Origin: an uncultured Bacteroidota bacterium
GTDB lineage: Bacteria; Bacteroidota; Bacteroidia; Chitinophagales; LD1
Reading direction: 5' to 3'
DNA: 64,000 nucleotides
NCBI GenBank assembly: GCA_937894725.1
Contig: CALAYL010000037.1
Location: forward strand, 11,079 to 75,078
Made by a program: the position numbers and the translations under genes. Positions 55,402-64,000 of this stretch are shown here, one piece after another. Within the stretch, counting starts at the first letter, position 1, and each line of letters starts with the position of its first letter. The notes beneath the pieces are model-generated. The model saw only the letters and a list, made by a program, of their open reading frames with translations, had not been told where the DNA came from and ran no database searches.

Positions 55402-56769
55402 CTAGTTTGAATCGTTTTTCCATTTTTTGATATTGTCACAATTATTAAACTCGGGATCGATTTTAATAAAGGTGTTTTCTTTGTGCAAATCTATCCATTT
55501 GGTTAGTTCGCGCGATTGTTTTTCATTCTTCGCTGCTGCTTGTATCTTAGCATAGTCTGTGGCTAAACTAGCACGGTGAGCGGGCGTTTCAGACTTGAGC
55601 ATGATAAAGCGATAGCCTGATTTTGTTTCGCCAGTTCTATCTGGAGTGGTGATAGAGAGCACCTCAGATATATCGCCTACTTTCAATTGGTCGATGGTGA
55701 AAATCAATCCCCCTTCGATATCTGCTTTTTCAAAATAGGTAGTCCCATTTTTAGGATTTGTCATCATTCCTCCAGAAGACTTAGAGTTTTCATCATCTGA
55801 AAAATAATTTACAGCCTCCCTAAAGTCAATTTGTTTGTTGACTAAAAGCTGGTGTACGCTATCCATTCTTTCTTTTACCATCAGTACATCGGCATTAGTC
55901 AATTTGGCACGTATCAAAATATGACGCGCTTTGATTCTATCGCCTCTTTTTTCATCGAGTTTTATCAAGTGAAAACCAAAAGGGGTTTCTACTATTTGGC
56001 TGAGTTCGCCCTCATTGAGTCGATATGCCGCAGCCTCAAAATCCGGTACGAGCTCGCCCCGCTCTATCATACCCAAATTGCCACCATCCGATGCAGAGCC
56101 TGGATCATCGGAATACAAGATAGCTTGGAGCGAAAAGTCGGTACCATTCTCAATTTCTTTTTTTATGCCTTCGAGTTTCTTTTTTGCTGCTTGTTTGGCT
56201 TCATCGCTTATTTTTGGATACATGATGACCTGTGCTATCTCGATTTCTGAGTTAAAAAAAGGAATACTGTCTTTAGGTATGTGATCAAAATATTTTTTAA
56301 CTTCTTGAGGCGATACTTTCAAGCCTGCAAATGCTTTGCCCCTTACTTTGTCTGACATGAGCTGTGTGCGTACATCTTCTGTAAACTCATCTTTGAGTTC
56401 CGAAATTGTTTTGCCATAGTACTCCTCTAATTTTTCACGAGAACCAAATACGGAAATAAAATATTTGACACGCCTGTCTAACTCTGCACGCACTTCTTCT
56501 TCTGGTACTACTACTGAGTCGAGCACTCCTTGAGCCACAAATAGTTTTTCGAGTAAAAGATTGTCTAAAATCTGGCATTTGAACGCAGGCGAAAGTGCTA
56601 CCTCTGCATTTCTACTTTGCTCCTGTAAAAAAGAAACCTCAATGTCTGATTGTAAAATAATATTGTCGCCTACTATGGCTACAATTTTGTCGGTTCTACT
56701 TGCGGGTTGTGCAATGGCTACAACACTAAGTAAAAGGACACTTAAAAAAATAAAAGGACGAATAGTCAT
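55402..56769 (-). CDS. SurA-like periplasmic chaperone / parvulin-type PPIase
   Basis: 455 aa with a signal peptide, a SurA N-domain-like region and two PpiC-type segments (for example ARHILIR...FGFHLIKL). Confidence 0.7.
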   Translation of the reverse strand: MTIRPFIFLSVLLLSVVAIAQPASRTDKIVAIVGDNIILQSDIEVSFLQEQSRNAEVALSPAFKCQILDNLLLEKLFVAQGVLDSVVVPEEEVRAELDRRVKYFISVFGSREKLEEYYGKTISELKDEFTEDVRTQLMSDKVRGKAFAGLKVSPQEVKKYFDHIPKDSIPFFNSEIEIAQVIMYPKISDEAKQAAKKKLEGIKKEIENGTDFSLQAILYSDDPGSASDGGNLGMIERGELVPDFEAAAYRLNEGELSQIVETPFGFHLIKLDEKRGDRIKARHILIRAKLTNADVLMVKERMDSVHQLLVNKQIDFREAVNYFSDDENSKSSGGMMTNPKNGTTYFEKADIEGGLIFTIDQLKVGDISEVLSITTPDRTGETKSGYRFIMLKSETPAHRASLATDYAKIQAAAKNEKQSRELTKWIDLHKENTFIKIDPEFNNCDNIKKWKNDSN

Positions 56770-56987
56770 AAATCGTTTAAAGTGCGAAAGTTAATATTTT
56801 CAGTCGATAGACAGACGGTAATATTTGTGAAAGTGGTAAACGGAAGTATAATTAGCTCTTAATTAAAGTGATTTGTGAATAAATTGAAATGTATCAGAAT
56901 GAAAATGAAGATAAATTTTCTTGTGAAATAGCTGAAAAAGACGTACGTTTGCTGACGAAAAGCTGACGTTAGCTTAATTTTTATGTT

Positions 56988-57854
56988 ATGAAAATGTTAG
57001 AAATAGATAGGCGATCTGGACTTACAGCAGATGAGTTTAGGGAGGAATATCTTCTTCCTAATAAGCCTGTAATTTTCACAGACCTTACCAAAGATTGGGC
57101 AGCACTTGAAAAATGGACGCTCGATTTTTTTAAAACACAATACGGGCACCTTCAATGCCCAGTGTTTAGTAGCAACTATTCTAAGCCTGGCAAAGGCTAT
57201 ATGACACACGACAAGCTGATGCGATTTGACGAGTTTTTGACCCTCACTGCAGCAGGCAACACTGACCTTCGGCTTTTTCTCTATGATATTTTCAAACCTG
57301 CCCCAGAGTTAAGAGCAGATTTTAGATTCCCTACGGTGATGGGTGGATTTATCAAGCGATTTCCATTAATGTTTTTTGGTGGTAAAGGTGCCGAAGTGAC
57401 GATGCATTATGACATTGACTGTGCCAATGTATTTTTGACTCAGTTTGTAGGTAATAAAAGAGTGATCCTTTTTTCGCCAAAAGAATCTAAGAAGCTTTAT
57501 CATCACCCCTTCACTGTCAAAAGTTTGATAGACCCTAAAAACCCAGATTTGACGCGCTTTCCAGCACTTCATCAAGTCACAGGCTATGACACTATACTTC
57601 GTCATGGCGAAACGATTTTTATGCCATCACGTTTTTGGCATTATATGCAATATTTAGATTTTAGTTTTGGATTGGCGCTGCGCTCCCAAAATGGTGTCGC
57701 AAACACTTTGCATGGTGGAGTAAATATTGCTTCCCACTTTCTCATAGATAAAACGATGAATATGGCATTAGGCACTAAGTGGCACGACTGGAAGGAAACT
57801 AAAGCATATGAAAATGCTCGACCCTATGAGGGCAAGCGAATAGTGGCGATGTAG
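56988..57854 (+). CDS. JmjC/cupin-8-like domain protein (putative 2OG-Fe(II) oxygenase)
   Basis: 288 aa: FREEYLLPNKPVIFTDLTKDWAALEKW, an HxD motif in TMHYDID, and a distal His in RFWHYM. Confidence 0.6.
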   Translation: MKMLEIDRRSGLTADEFREEYLLPNKPVIFTDLTKDWAALEKWTLDFFKTQYGHLQCPVFSSNYSKPGKGYMTHDKLMRFDEFLTLTAAGNTDLRLFLYDIFKPAPELRADFRFPTVMGGFIKRFPLMFFGGKGAEVTMHYDIDCANVFLTQFVGNKRVILFSPKESKKLYHHPFTVKSLIDPKNPDLTRFPALHQVTGYDTILRHGETIFMPSRFWHYMQYLDFSFGLALRSQNGVANTLHGGVNIASHFLIDKTMNMALGTKWHDWKETKAYENARPYEGKRIVAM

Positions 57855-57860
57855 ATTTCT

Positions 57861-58073
57861 CTATCCCTTCTTTCCAAAAAGATTGGTAAAATCAAATCCG
57901 AGGTATTTAAGCGCAGACAAAAGAAGTCCAGTAGCGCCTACCTCATCGAGATTGCCAATAAAAGGGATGTTGTCTGGTATCAACTCAAATATGCCCATCG
58001 TAGGATTGATTAGGTATAGAGCCGTGAGTAAAACGGTGAGGATAGCTATTATTTTTTTTGCAGAATCATTCAT
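57861..58073 (-). CDS. YkvA/DUF1232 family small membrane protein
   Basis: 70 aa with the motif ELIPDNIPFIGNLDEVG. Confidence 0.6.
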   Translation of the reverse strand: MNDSAKKIIAILTVLLTALYLINPTMGIFELIPDNIPFIGNLDEVGATGLLLSALKYLGFDFTNLFGKKG

Positions 58074-58180
58074 TTATCTTGTTTTTTCTAAAATACCAAT
58101 AAATGTGCCAATAGCTCAAAAATGGAGTGTCGCACTTAATTAGTGGTACTTATATTATATGTGGAAAGCGGGGAGAGTGT

Positions 58181-58214
58181 TGAAAATAAAGTGCATTTTT
58201 GCTAAAATACACTT
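58181..58214 (-). terminator. Rho-independent terminator candidate downstream of the TetR gene
   Basis: The reverse strand reads AAGUGUAUUUU-AGCA-AAAAUGCACUU (an 11-bp stem with one G-U pair), followed by UAUUUUC. Confidence 0.5.
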
Positions 58215-58265
58215 GTGACATAAAGGAATCCAGCACGGTGAATTATACTAGCCAAAATAGAATTT

Positions 58266-58967
58266 CTAGCCAATTTGTACGTTGTCTTCTATTTCTTGCT
58301 TTATGTTTGAAAAAACTAAATGGGTCATAAAAGCCACCACGTCTGCCTCCTCCTTACTCTTTCCAAAATCAGTAAGGGAGGGTAGATAATTTTTAAAGAA
58401 ATTTTGGAAGTGTGCCATTTCAAAAATAGTGGAAGCTAAGGATTTTGGGTATTTATAATTTGGATTACATTCCAAAATAATATCCCCTATGACAGTGCAA
58501 AGGTCTTTGTAAGGTTTAAAAAAGTGTAGTTTGTTGTCTTCGCTTACTTGCTTTGTGAGATATACTTTTGAGCCTTCGGCTATCACTATTTGATGCAGCA
58601 AACTTTCATCGACATAGCTTGTAAGCTTATCATCTTCTACTTTAGATGCTAATAACATAATCACCTTTTTTAACTTGATTTTTGGATCGGTGATATTATT
58701 GGTATGGAAGATGATTTGATATTCTAGCCATGTCCAGTACCAAGCATTCAGATATACTAATAGTTTGTGTTTATTTTCAAAATAGCGATATACACCGGCC
58801 TCTGTGGTCCCAATATATTCAGCTAACTTTTTAAACGTAAAAGATTCAAACCCATTTTCAAAGATCATCTGGATACTTTGTTTGATGATTTTCTTGCCCA
58901 ATTCCGTTCCTTCTGGATCACGGAGATAAAGGGCTTTATTCATTTTTATTTGTAAAAGCAATTTCAT
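58266..58967 (-). CDS. TetR/AcrR-family transcriptional regulator
   Basis: N-terminal HTH FESFTFKKLAEYIGTTEAGVYRYFENKHKLL. The start could be the ATG at 58967 or the ATG at 58943. Confidence 0.75.
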   Translation of the reverse strand: MKLLLQIKMNKALYLRDPEGTELGKKIIKQSIQMIFENGFESFTFKKLAEYIGTTEAGVYRYFENKHKLLVYLNAWYWTWLEYQIIFHTNNITDPKIKLKKVIMLLASKVEDDKLTSYVDESLLHQIVIAEGSKVYLTKQVSEDNKLHFFKPYKDLCTVIGDIILECNPNYKYPKSLASTIFEMAHFQNFFKNYLPSLTDFGKSKEEADVVAFMTHLVFSNIKQEIEDNVQIG

Positions 58968-59003
58968 TTTACACAGCGATTAGTAGTGCTATAATTCATA
59001 GTA

Positions 59004-59011
59004 CAAAGATA
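59004..59011 (-). promoter_or_regulatory. -7 box (TAnnTTTG) candidate for the TetR gene
   Basis: The reverse strand reads TATCTTTG. An ATG lies 4 nt downstream. It opens an 11-codon uORF whose TGA overlaps the ATG at 58967. Confidence 0.3.
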
Positions 59012-59038
59012 ACTAAAATAATTTTACGATTATTTATG

Positions 59039-59051
59039 ATAGTAATACTAT
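59039..59051. promoter_or_regulatory. 13-bp palindrome, candidate TetR operator
   Basis: ATAGTA-A-TACTAT lies between the two divergent -7 boxes. Confidence 0.25.
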
Positions 59052-59069
59052 TATTGCAAAAACTATCCC

Positions 59070-59077
59070 TATCTTTG
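59070..59077 (+). promoter_or_regulatory. -7 box (TAnnTTTG) candidate for sulP-CA
   Basis: TATCTTTG lies 40 nt upstream of the ATG at 59118. Confidence 0.35.
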
Positions 59078-59117
59078 TGACTAAATTTCTCAAATCTTAC
59101 TAATAAATTTAAAATAA

Positions 59118-60656
59118 ATGTTTAAAGAAATCAAAAACGACCTACCTGCAAGTATTGTGGTATTTTTTGTAGCAGTTCCGCTATGTTTAGGAATAGCCCT
59201 TGCCTCGGGAGCACCATTGTTTGCTGGAATTATAGCAGGTATCATAGGCGGTATAGTAGTAGGTGTAGCCAGTGGCTCACCATTAGGAGTAAGCGGACCT
59301 GCTGCAGGTTTAGCAGTTATAGTATTGACTTCGATAGCCAAGCTTGGCGGCTCTTGGGAGGCATTTTTGATGGCGGTAGTTTTGGCTGGAGTGATCCAAC
59401 TGATTTTAGGGTTTGCTAAGGCAGGTTTTGTAGCTTATTTTTTCCCATCTTCGGTCATCAAGGGAATGCTCACAGGGATAGGGCTTTTAATCATTTTAAA
59501 GCAAATCCCTCACGCATTGGGTTGGGATAAAGATTTAGAGGGTGATGATGCTTTTTTTCAAGCAGATGGTCAAAATACAATTTCTGAAATTTTTAGAGCA
59601 CTAGATTTTATAACGCCAGGGGCATTACTTATTGCGGGTATTTCACTTGCCATTCTAATCTTATGGGATACAGTTTTAACCAAAAAGCACAAGATATTTC
59701 AGCTCATCCAAGGCCCTATTGTAGTGGTGGTGTTGGGTATATTAATGAATTATATGTTTCAAACCGGAATGCTGGATTTTAGTTTAGCAGCCGACCAAGT
59801 AGTTAGAATTCCTGTTCCTCATTCTATTGCTGAATTTTTTGGGCAGTTTACTTTACCTGATTTTTCAGCTATTACAAATTTTGAGGTTTGGAAAATCGCT
59901 ATTATGATAGCCATAGTAGCTAGTTTAGAAACGCTACTATCTGTGGAAGCCACAGATAAGCTTGACCCCGAAAAGAGAATCACGCCTACCAATCGTGAGT
60001 TAAAAGCACAGGGATTGGGCAATGTGATTTCGGGTTTGATAGGTGGCCTACCTATCACTCAGGTGATCGTTCGGAGCTCGGCAAACATCAACTTTGGCGG
60101 GAAAACAAAAATGTCGGCCATACTTCATGGGTTTTTCTTGCTGATAAGTGCATTGACGATAGCTAGCGTTTTAAACATGATACCTTTAGCCAGTTTAGCG
60201 GCCATTCTTTTAATGGTGGGTTATAAATTAGCTAAACCAAGTTTGTTTGCACAAATGTATAAACTAGGCTGGGAGCAGTTTGTTCCATTTACGGTTACGG
60301 TTATTGCGATTTTATTCACCGATTTATTGAAAGGGATAACTGCAGGAATGATAGTAGGTGGTTTTTATGCCTTGTTGCATAGCTACCGAAATTCGCATCA
60401 CATGAAAGAAACAATTAGTGAGGAGAATGGGACAAAAGTTTACCGACTTACGTTAGCCGAAGAGGTTTCTTTTTTCAACAAAGCCAATGTTATAAGTGCT
60501 TTGGACAGCATCTCTCCAAACTCTAAGGTGATTATAGATTACTCAAACTCTAAATCAATAGCCTATGATGTAGCGGAATTAATTAACGACTATGAAACGA
60601 ACGCGAAATCAAAAAACATAATTGTAGAGAAGATCCAAAATGTAGGACAAGCTTAA
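59118..60656 (+). CDS. SulP-family anion transporter with a C-terminal STAS domain
   Basis: 512 aa and polytopic, with SulP motifs (PLGVSGPAAGLAV; GLGNVISGLIGGLPIT). The STAS-like tail is VYRLTLAEEVSFFNK... Confidence 0.8.
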   Translation: MFKEIKNDLPASIVVFFVAVPLCLGIALASGAPLFAGIIAGIIGGIVVGVASGSPLGVSGPAAGLAVIVLTSIAKLGGSWEAFLMAVVLAGVIQLILGFAKAGFVAYFFPSSVIKGMLTGIGLLIILKQIPHALGWDKDLEGDDAFFQADGQNTISEIFRALDFITPGALLIAGISLAILILWDTVLTKKHKIFQLIQGPIVVVVLGILMNYMFQTGMLDFSLAADQVVRIPVPHSIAEFFGQFTLPDFSAITNFEVWKIAIMIAIVASLETLLSVEATDKLDPEKRITPTNRELKAQGLGNVISGLIGGLPITQVIVRSSANINFGGKTKMSAILHGFFLLISALTIASVLNMIPLASLAAILLMVGYKLAKPSLFAQMYKLGWEQFVPFTVTVIAILFTDLLKGITAGMIVGGFYALLHSYRNSHHMKETISEENGTKVYRLTLAEEVSFFNKANVISALDSISPNSKVIIDYSNSKSIAYDVAELINDYETNAKSKNIIVEKIQNVGQA

Positions 60657-60694
60657 ATCAAAAATTTTATAGATAATTTTAAAACATAGATAGA

Positions 60695-61354
60695 ATGAAA
60701 ACCCTCACTAAAGAAATGCAATCTGCCATCACTCCCCAAATGGCTTTAGAACTGTTGAAAGATGGAAATAAAAGATTTGTAAGCAACTTAAAAGTAAATC
60801 GAAATCTTTTGCAACAGGCTAATGAAACATCTGATGGTCAGCATCCGTTTGCGGTTATCTTGAGTTGTATAGATAGTCGTACATCTGCAGAATTGATTTT
60901 TGACCAAGGGTTAGGTGATATTTTCAGTGTTAGAATTGCTGGCAATGTAATCAACGAAGATATTCTAGGAAGTATGGAATTTGGCTGTAAAGTAGCAGGG
61001 TCAAAAATAATAGTTGTATTAGGACACACGAAATGTGGGGCGGTAAAAGGAGCTTGTGATCATGTAGAAATGGGCAACTTAACGACATTGCTTGCTAAAA
61101 TCACACCTGCAGTTGATAGTGAAACGACCACTAAAGATAATCGGAATTCAAGCAATGAAGAATTTGTCGAAAATGTGTCAACCATCAATGTGAAGCGGAC
61201 AGTAGAAACTATCTTAGCTCGTAGTCCGATATTAAAAGAAATGGTTGAAAGTGGTCAAATAGGAATTGTAGGCGGCACCCACGATATCTCCTCAGGAGAA
61301 GTGATGTTTTATCCAGATACTATGGTTTTAAATTCTCGTTTACTCAACGAATAA
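60695..61354 (+). CDS. Beta-class carbonic anhydrase
   Basis: 219 aa with the zinc ligand motifs SCIDSR and GHTKCGA. Confidence 0.85.
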   Translation: MKTLTKEMQSAITPQMALELLKDGNKRFVSNLKVNRNLLQQANETSDGQHPFAVILSCIDSRTSAELIFDQGLGDIFSVRIAGNVINEDILGSMEFGCKVAGSKIIVVLGHTKCGAVKGACDHVEMGNLTTLLAKITPAVDSETTTKDNRNSSNEEFVENVSTINVKRTVETILARSPILKEMVESGQIGIVGGTHDISSGEVMFYPDTMVLNSRLLNE

Positions 61355-61378
61355 ATCTTATGAGAGGAGTTCTCGTCC

Positions 61379-62860
61379 TTACTTTTTAGCAAACCACAAA
61401 TCCAAGGATAGTGTTTCAAATATAGTGTTTTCATTGTTGTTGAGCGTTTTGAAAATAGCCAGATTTTCTGCCTTCATTTTTAGTTTTTCTTTTTCTGTAG
61501 TTGCTTTCGTCAATCTACTAATCAACTCCATGAATAGAGGAATAGATTTTTCATTAAATTTTTTTGACTTGCAAAAATGCTTTGCAGCTTTTACTAGGTA
61601 GGGTATCAATCTGAAATTTCCCATTTCATAATGAATCAAAATCTGCAATAAATGCGCATACAAATAATTGTCGTATCGCTGATTGTCTGATTTGTCATCA
61701 AACATTTCTCGTATCAACGTTAAAGCAGCTTTATAATCCGCCAAATGAAAATAGGAGATACTTGTAAAAATTCTGGTTACATTTTTAAAGGTAAGATGAG
61801 TAGCTTCACCATTCTTTTTTATAAATAATTTAACTTCTTCAAATAGTGCTATCGCTTCTTTAAAATCGTGTGTATAGGTGTGGATAGTCAGTTTTCGTTC
61901 GAGGGCAAATGCCGTTACAGTTACTTTTAAACTATCATCTATCTTTAATCCCTTTATAGTAGTTATGGATTTAAGTTTTTCGATACCTTTCAATGCCTGA
62001 TCGTATTTATTGAGCGATGTGCATCTAGTAACATAGTTAGATAAAGCTGAAAAGTATATTTGTGGATATTGAATTGTTTTTTCAAAGTTTTCCTCCAAAA
62101 AAGTTATAAAATTTTCGCTAATTGATAATGACTTTTTGGGTTGAAGTGTCAGTTTATAATACCATCCCCATGCTTCATAAAAATGGCATTTAGCATTAAA
62201 TGAAAGCGCATTTTTTTCGTCAGACAGTAGTGAATGTTTGATGATATTCTTTAATTCTGATGTAGCTTCATCTGATATTAAAACGCCACTTTTAGAAATA
62301 ATACCTAGTAGCTTTGATTGAATACATCTGTAGTCATTTAGGTTTTGAATTTTTTTAAAACAGTCATTTATTTCAGCTTCTAAAAAGTCTGCTCTTTTTG
62401 ACAATGTAGCGTAATCACCTTTTCTGATTAAAAGTTTTCTGTACCAAAGCAAATACTCAAGCTTTTGTACAAAAAGTTCCATTTCGGTAGTTATTTTTAG
62501 CATTTTATCTATGATAGAAAGCGCATCATCATATAGTTTTCTATTAAATAAAATTTCAATATCCAAAAGCGTGTTTAATGAAAAAGAAGTGTCATTTAAG
62601 TTTTCATGATAATTTCTTAGCGAGCGTAAAATCACTCTCCTCAGATTTGATTTTTCATAACTTAAATTCATGCCTTTAGTTAGATATTCTGGAAATTCAG
62701 AAATATCGTTATTGGGAATATAAGAGGTATAAAAGTGATACAATTTCACCGCATTGTTACCCTTATTTAGATCTAACACATTTAGCTTTAAATATCTCTT
62801 TTCGCTTGGTGTCAAGGACTGAATGAGCTTTGCTGTAGAATCGACTTTAGCTTGTTCCAT
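61379..62860 (-). CDS. All-helical repeat (TPR-like) hypothetical protein
   Basis: About 493 aa from MEQAKVDSTAKLIQSLTPSEKRYLKL (the ORF track starts 5 codons earlier at a TTG). It has helical-hairpin periodicity throughout. I recognise no catalytic motif. Confidence 0.5.
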   Translation of the reverse strand: MEQAKVDSTAKLIQSLTPSEKRYLKLNVLDLNKGNNAVKLYHFYTSYIPNNDISEFPEYLTKGMNLSYEKSNLRRVILRSLRNYHENLNDTSFSLNTLLDIEILFNRKLYDDALSIIDKMLKITTEMELFVQKLEYLLWYRKLLIRKGDYATLSKRADFLEAEINDCFKKIQNLNDYRCIQSKLLGIISKSGVLISDEATSELKNIIKHSLLSDEKNALSFNAKCHFYEAWGWYYKLTLQPKKSLSISENFITFLEENFEKTIQYPQIYFSALSNYVTRCTSLNKYDQALKGIEKLKSITTIKGLKIDDSLKVTVTAFALERKLTIHTYTHDFKEAIALFEEVKLFIKKNGEATHLTFKNVTRIFTSISYFHLADYKAALTLIREMFDDKSDNQRYDNYLYAHLLQILIHYEMGNFRLIPYLVKAAKHFCKSKKFNEKSIPLFMELISRLTKATTEKEKLKMKAENLAIFKTLNNNENTIFETLSLDLWFAKK

Positions 62861-63135
62861 ATATTTTTTTATCAAACTAATATAATCAAGTTGTGCTCAA
62901 CTAAAAGGGGATACTAAAAATTAGAATCCTATTTTTAAGCTGTATATATTTACTTATATAAAAGATAATCAGTCATTTGTAAAATTATAAAAACTTTTTA
63001 GGCTTGAAATATACCATTTATAAAGTGTATGGTATTTATTACATTTTTTGCGTTAAAAAGATAATTTTGACCTCTCAAAATATTACCCAAATTATGGGAT
63101 GTTGATACAAACTAAACTTGCTAAATCTACTACTT

Positions 63136-64000
63136 ATGAAATCAATCTTCACTTTCCTTTTATCATTTCTTTTGTTTGCAGGAGTTCAAGCACAGTCTGT
63201 GACAGTGACCCAACCGAATGGGGGAGAAGTCTTGTATGGTTGTCAAAACTATTTGATTAAATGGAACTCATCGGGCGTTTCTAACTTTTGGAACATTGAC
63301 TATTCATTGAATAGTGGTGCAATTTGGACCTCAGTAGCTAGCAATTTGAATATTGTGAATGGACAATATAATTGGACAGTGCCCATGGTAGCATCTAATA
63401 CTGTTTTGGTAAGGGTAAGAGATTATAATGATACAACCAAGCAAGATGTTAGCAATGCGGTGTTTACTATTCAATTACCAATCATAATCACCTCTCCAAA
63501 TGGTGGCGAGGTTTGGCAAGGATTAAGTAATAAGAATATCACTTGGAATCCAGCGGGTACTTCAGGAATTTTTAATATTTCTTACTCTACCAATAACGGC
63601 TCCTCATGGAGTACTGTAGCGTCTAACATAGCTGCTAACAATTATAGTTGGACTGTGCCCAATACGCCAACCACTCAAGCTTTAGTCCGAGTTGCAGATG
63701 CTACTACTGCTTGTCAGTTAGATTTATCAGATGCCGTGTTTGAAATTTCTGCTGCTACCCCAATATTGACAGCTCCTAATGGTGGAGAAATATGGACAAT
63801 AAATTCTAACAAAAATATTACATGGAATACGGCTACTTTTCATTCTACAGTTAAATTAGAATATTCTACAGATAATGGTGTTTCATATAATCTAATTACC
63901 TCTTCCACTGCTAATACGGGAAGTTATACTTGGAATATTCCGAATACTCCATCTACCCAAGTCATAGTCAGAGCGAGCAATACCTCTGGTTCTACTGTTT
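63136..64000 (+). CDS. Secreted protein made of tandem ~95-aa Ig-like/beta-sandwich repeats (PNGGE.W ... Y.WT/N.P ... VRV); the gene runs off the right edge
   Basis: Absent from the ORF track because the window edge truncates it. My translation from the ATG at 63136 is open to the window end: MKSIFTFLLSFLLFAGVQAQ SVTVTQPNGGEVLYG...NWTVPMVASNTVLVRVRDY.. / IIITSPNGGEVWQG...YSWTVPNTPTTQALVRVAD.. / PILTAPNGGEIWTI...YTWNIPNTPSTQVIVRASN. Confidence 0.65.
   Translation, partial: MKSIFTFLLSFLLFAGVQAQSVTVTQPNGGEVLYGCQNYLIKWNSSGVSNFWNIDYSLNSGAIWTSVASNLNIVNGQYNWTVPMVASNTVLVRVRDYNDTTKQDVSNAVFTIQLPIIITSPNGGEVWQGLSNKNITWNPAGTSGIFNISYSTNNGSSWSTVASNIAANNYSWTVPNTPTTQALVRVADATTACQLDLSDAVFEISAATPILTAPNGGEIWTINSNKNITWNTATFHSTVKLEYSTDNGVSYNLITSSTANTGSYTWNIPNTPSTQVIVRASNTSGSTV

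Noticed and set aside
61355-61378. Solo REP fragment (ttctcgtcct) in the 24-nt gap between the carbonic anhydrase gene and the helical-repeat gene
   Set aside because: Only a 9-10-nt match to the REP 5' tag is present, without the hairpin. It could be chance. It is mentioned under the RAYT finding but not called as a feature.

Overview
The window is a dense, AT-rich (by eye about 38-40% GC) chromosomal segment. It looks like a gliding member of the Bacteroidota (Cytophagia/Saprospiria-like). Supporting signs are several T9SS C-terminal sorting domains, TAnnTTTG -7 promoter boxes, almost no Shine-Dalgarno sequences, a DUF4292/EnvC-like gene pair and a GldA-like ABC ATPase.

About 60 protein genes are present. 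Most are housekeeping: dprA, proS, gcvH, map, prfB, topA, hutI, aroC, ccmE/ccmF, purB, fabG, purN, purF, a DEAD-box helicase, ubiB, moxR and a surA-like gene. I saw no rRNA, tRNA or CRISPR array by eye.

The stretches worth a second look are:
1. A compact ACP / ketosynthase / Cys-less ketosynthase partner / flavin-dependent halogenase / DUF1702-like operon (15.4-20.7 kb), with a hotdog thioesterase nearby.
2. A 2.5-kb segment (33.3-35.8 kb) bracketed by 23-nt direct repeats. It sits between hutI and aroC and carries a T9SS cargo gene plus a decayed REP-associated tyrosine transposase (RAYT). The RAYT is flanked by a perfect 34-bp inverted REP hairpin pair and followed by a 148-bp tandem duplication.
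3. A RES/Xre toxin-antitoxin pair whose 3' end overlaps prfB.
4. An XRE-HTH/Fic fusion gene with a double-palindrome operator candidate.
5. A Cys-type (CxxxY) CcmE with CcmF but no other ccm genes nearby.
6. A secreted protein made of three different low-complexity repeat blocks, next to an outer-membrane barrel gene.
7. Tandem paralogous mini-proteins that carry both a lipoprotein signal and a T9SS CTD.
8. Several TAnnTTTG-N4-ATG arrangements that suggest leaderless mRNAs.

All family assignments come from reading motifs in the supplied translations and from my own translation of the two edge-truncated genes. No searches or computations were run, so the family names are hypotheses to confirm with HMM or BLAST searches.
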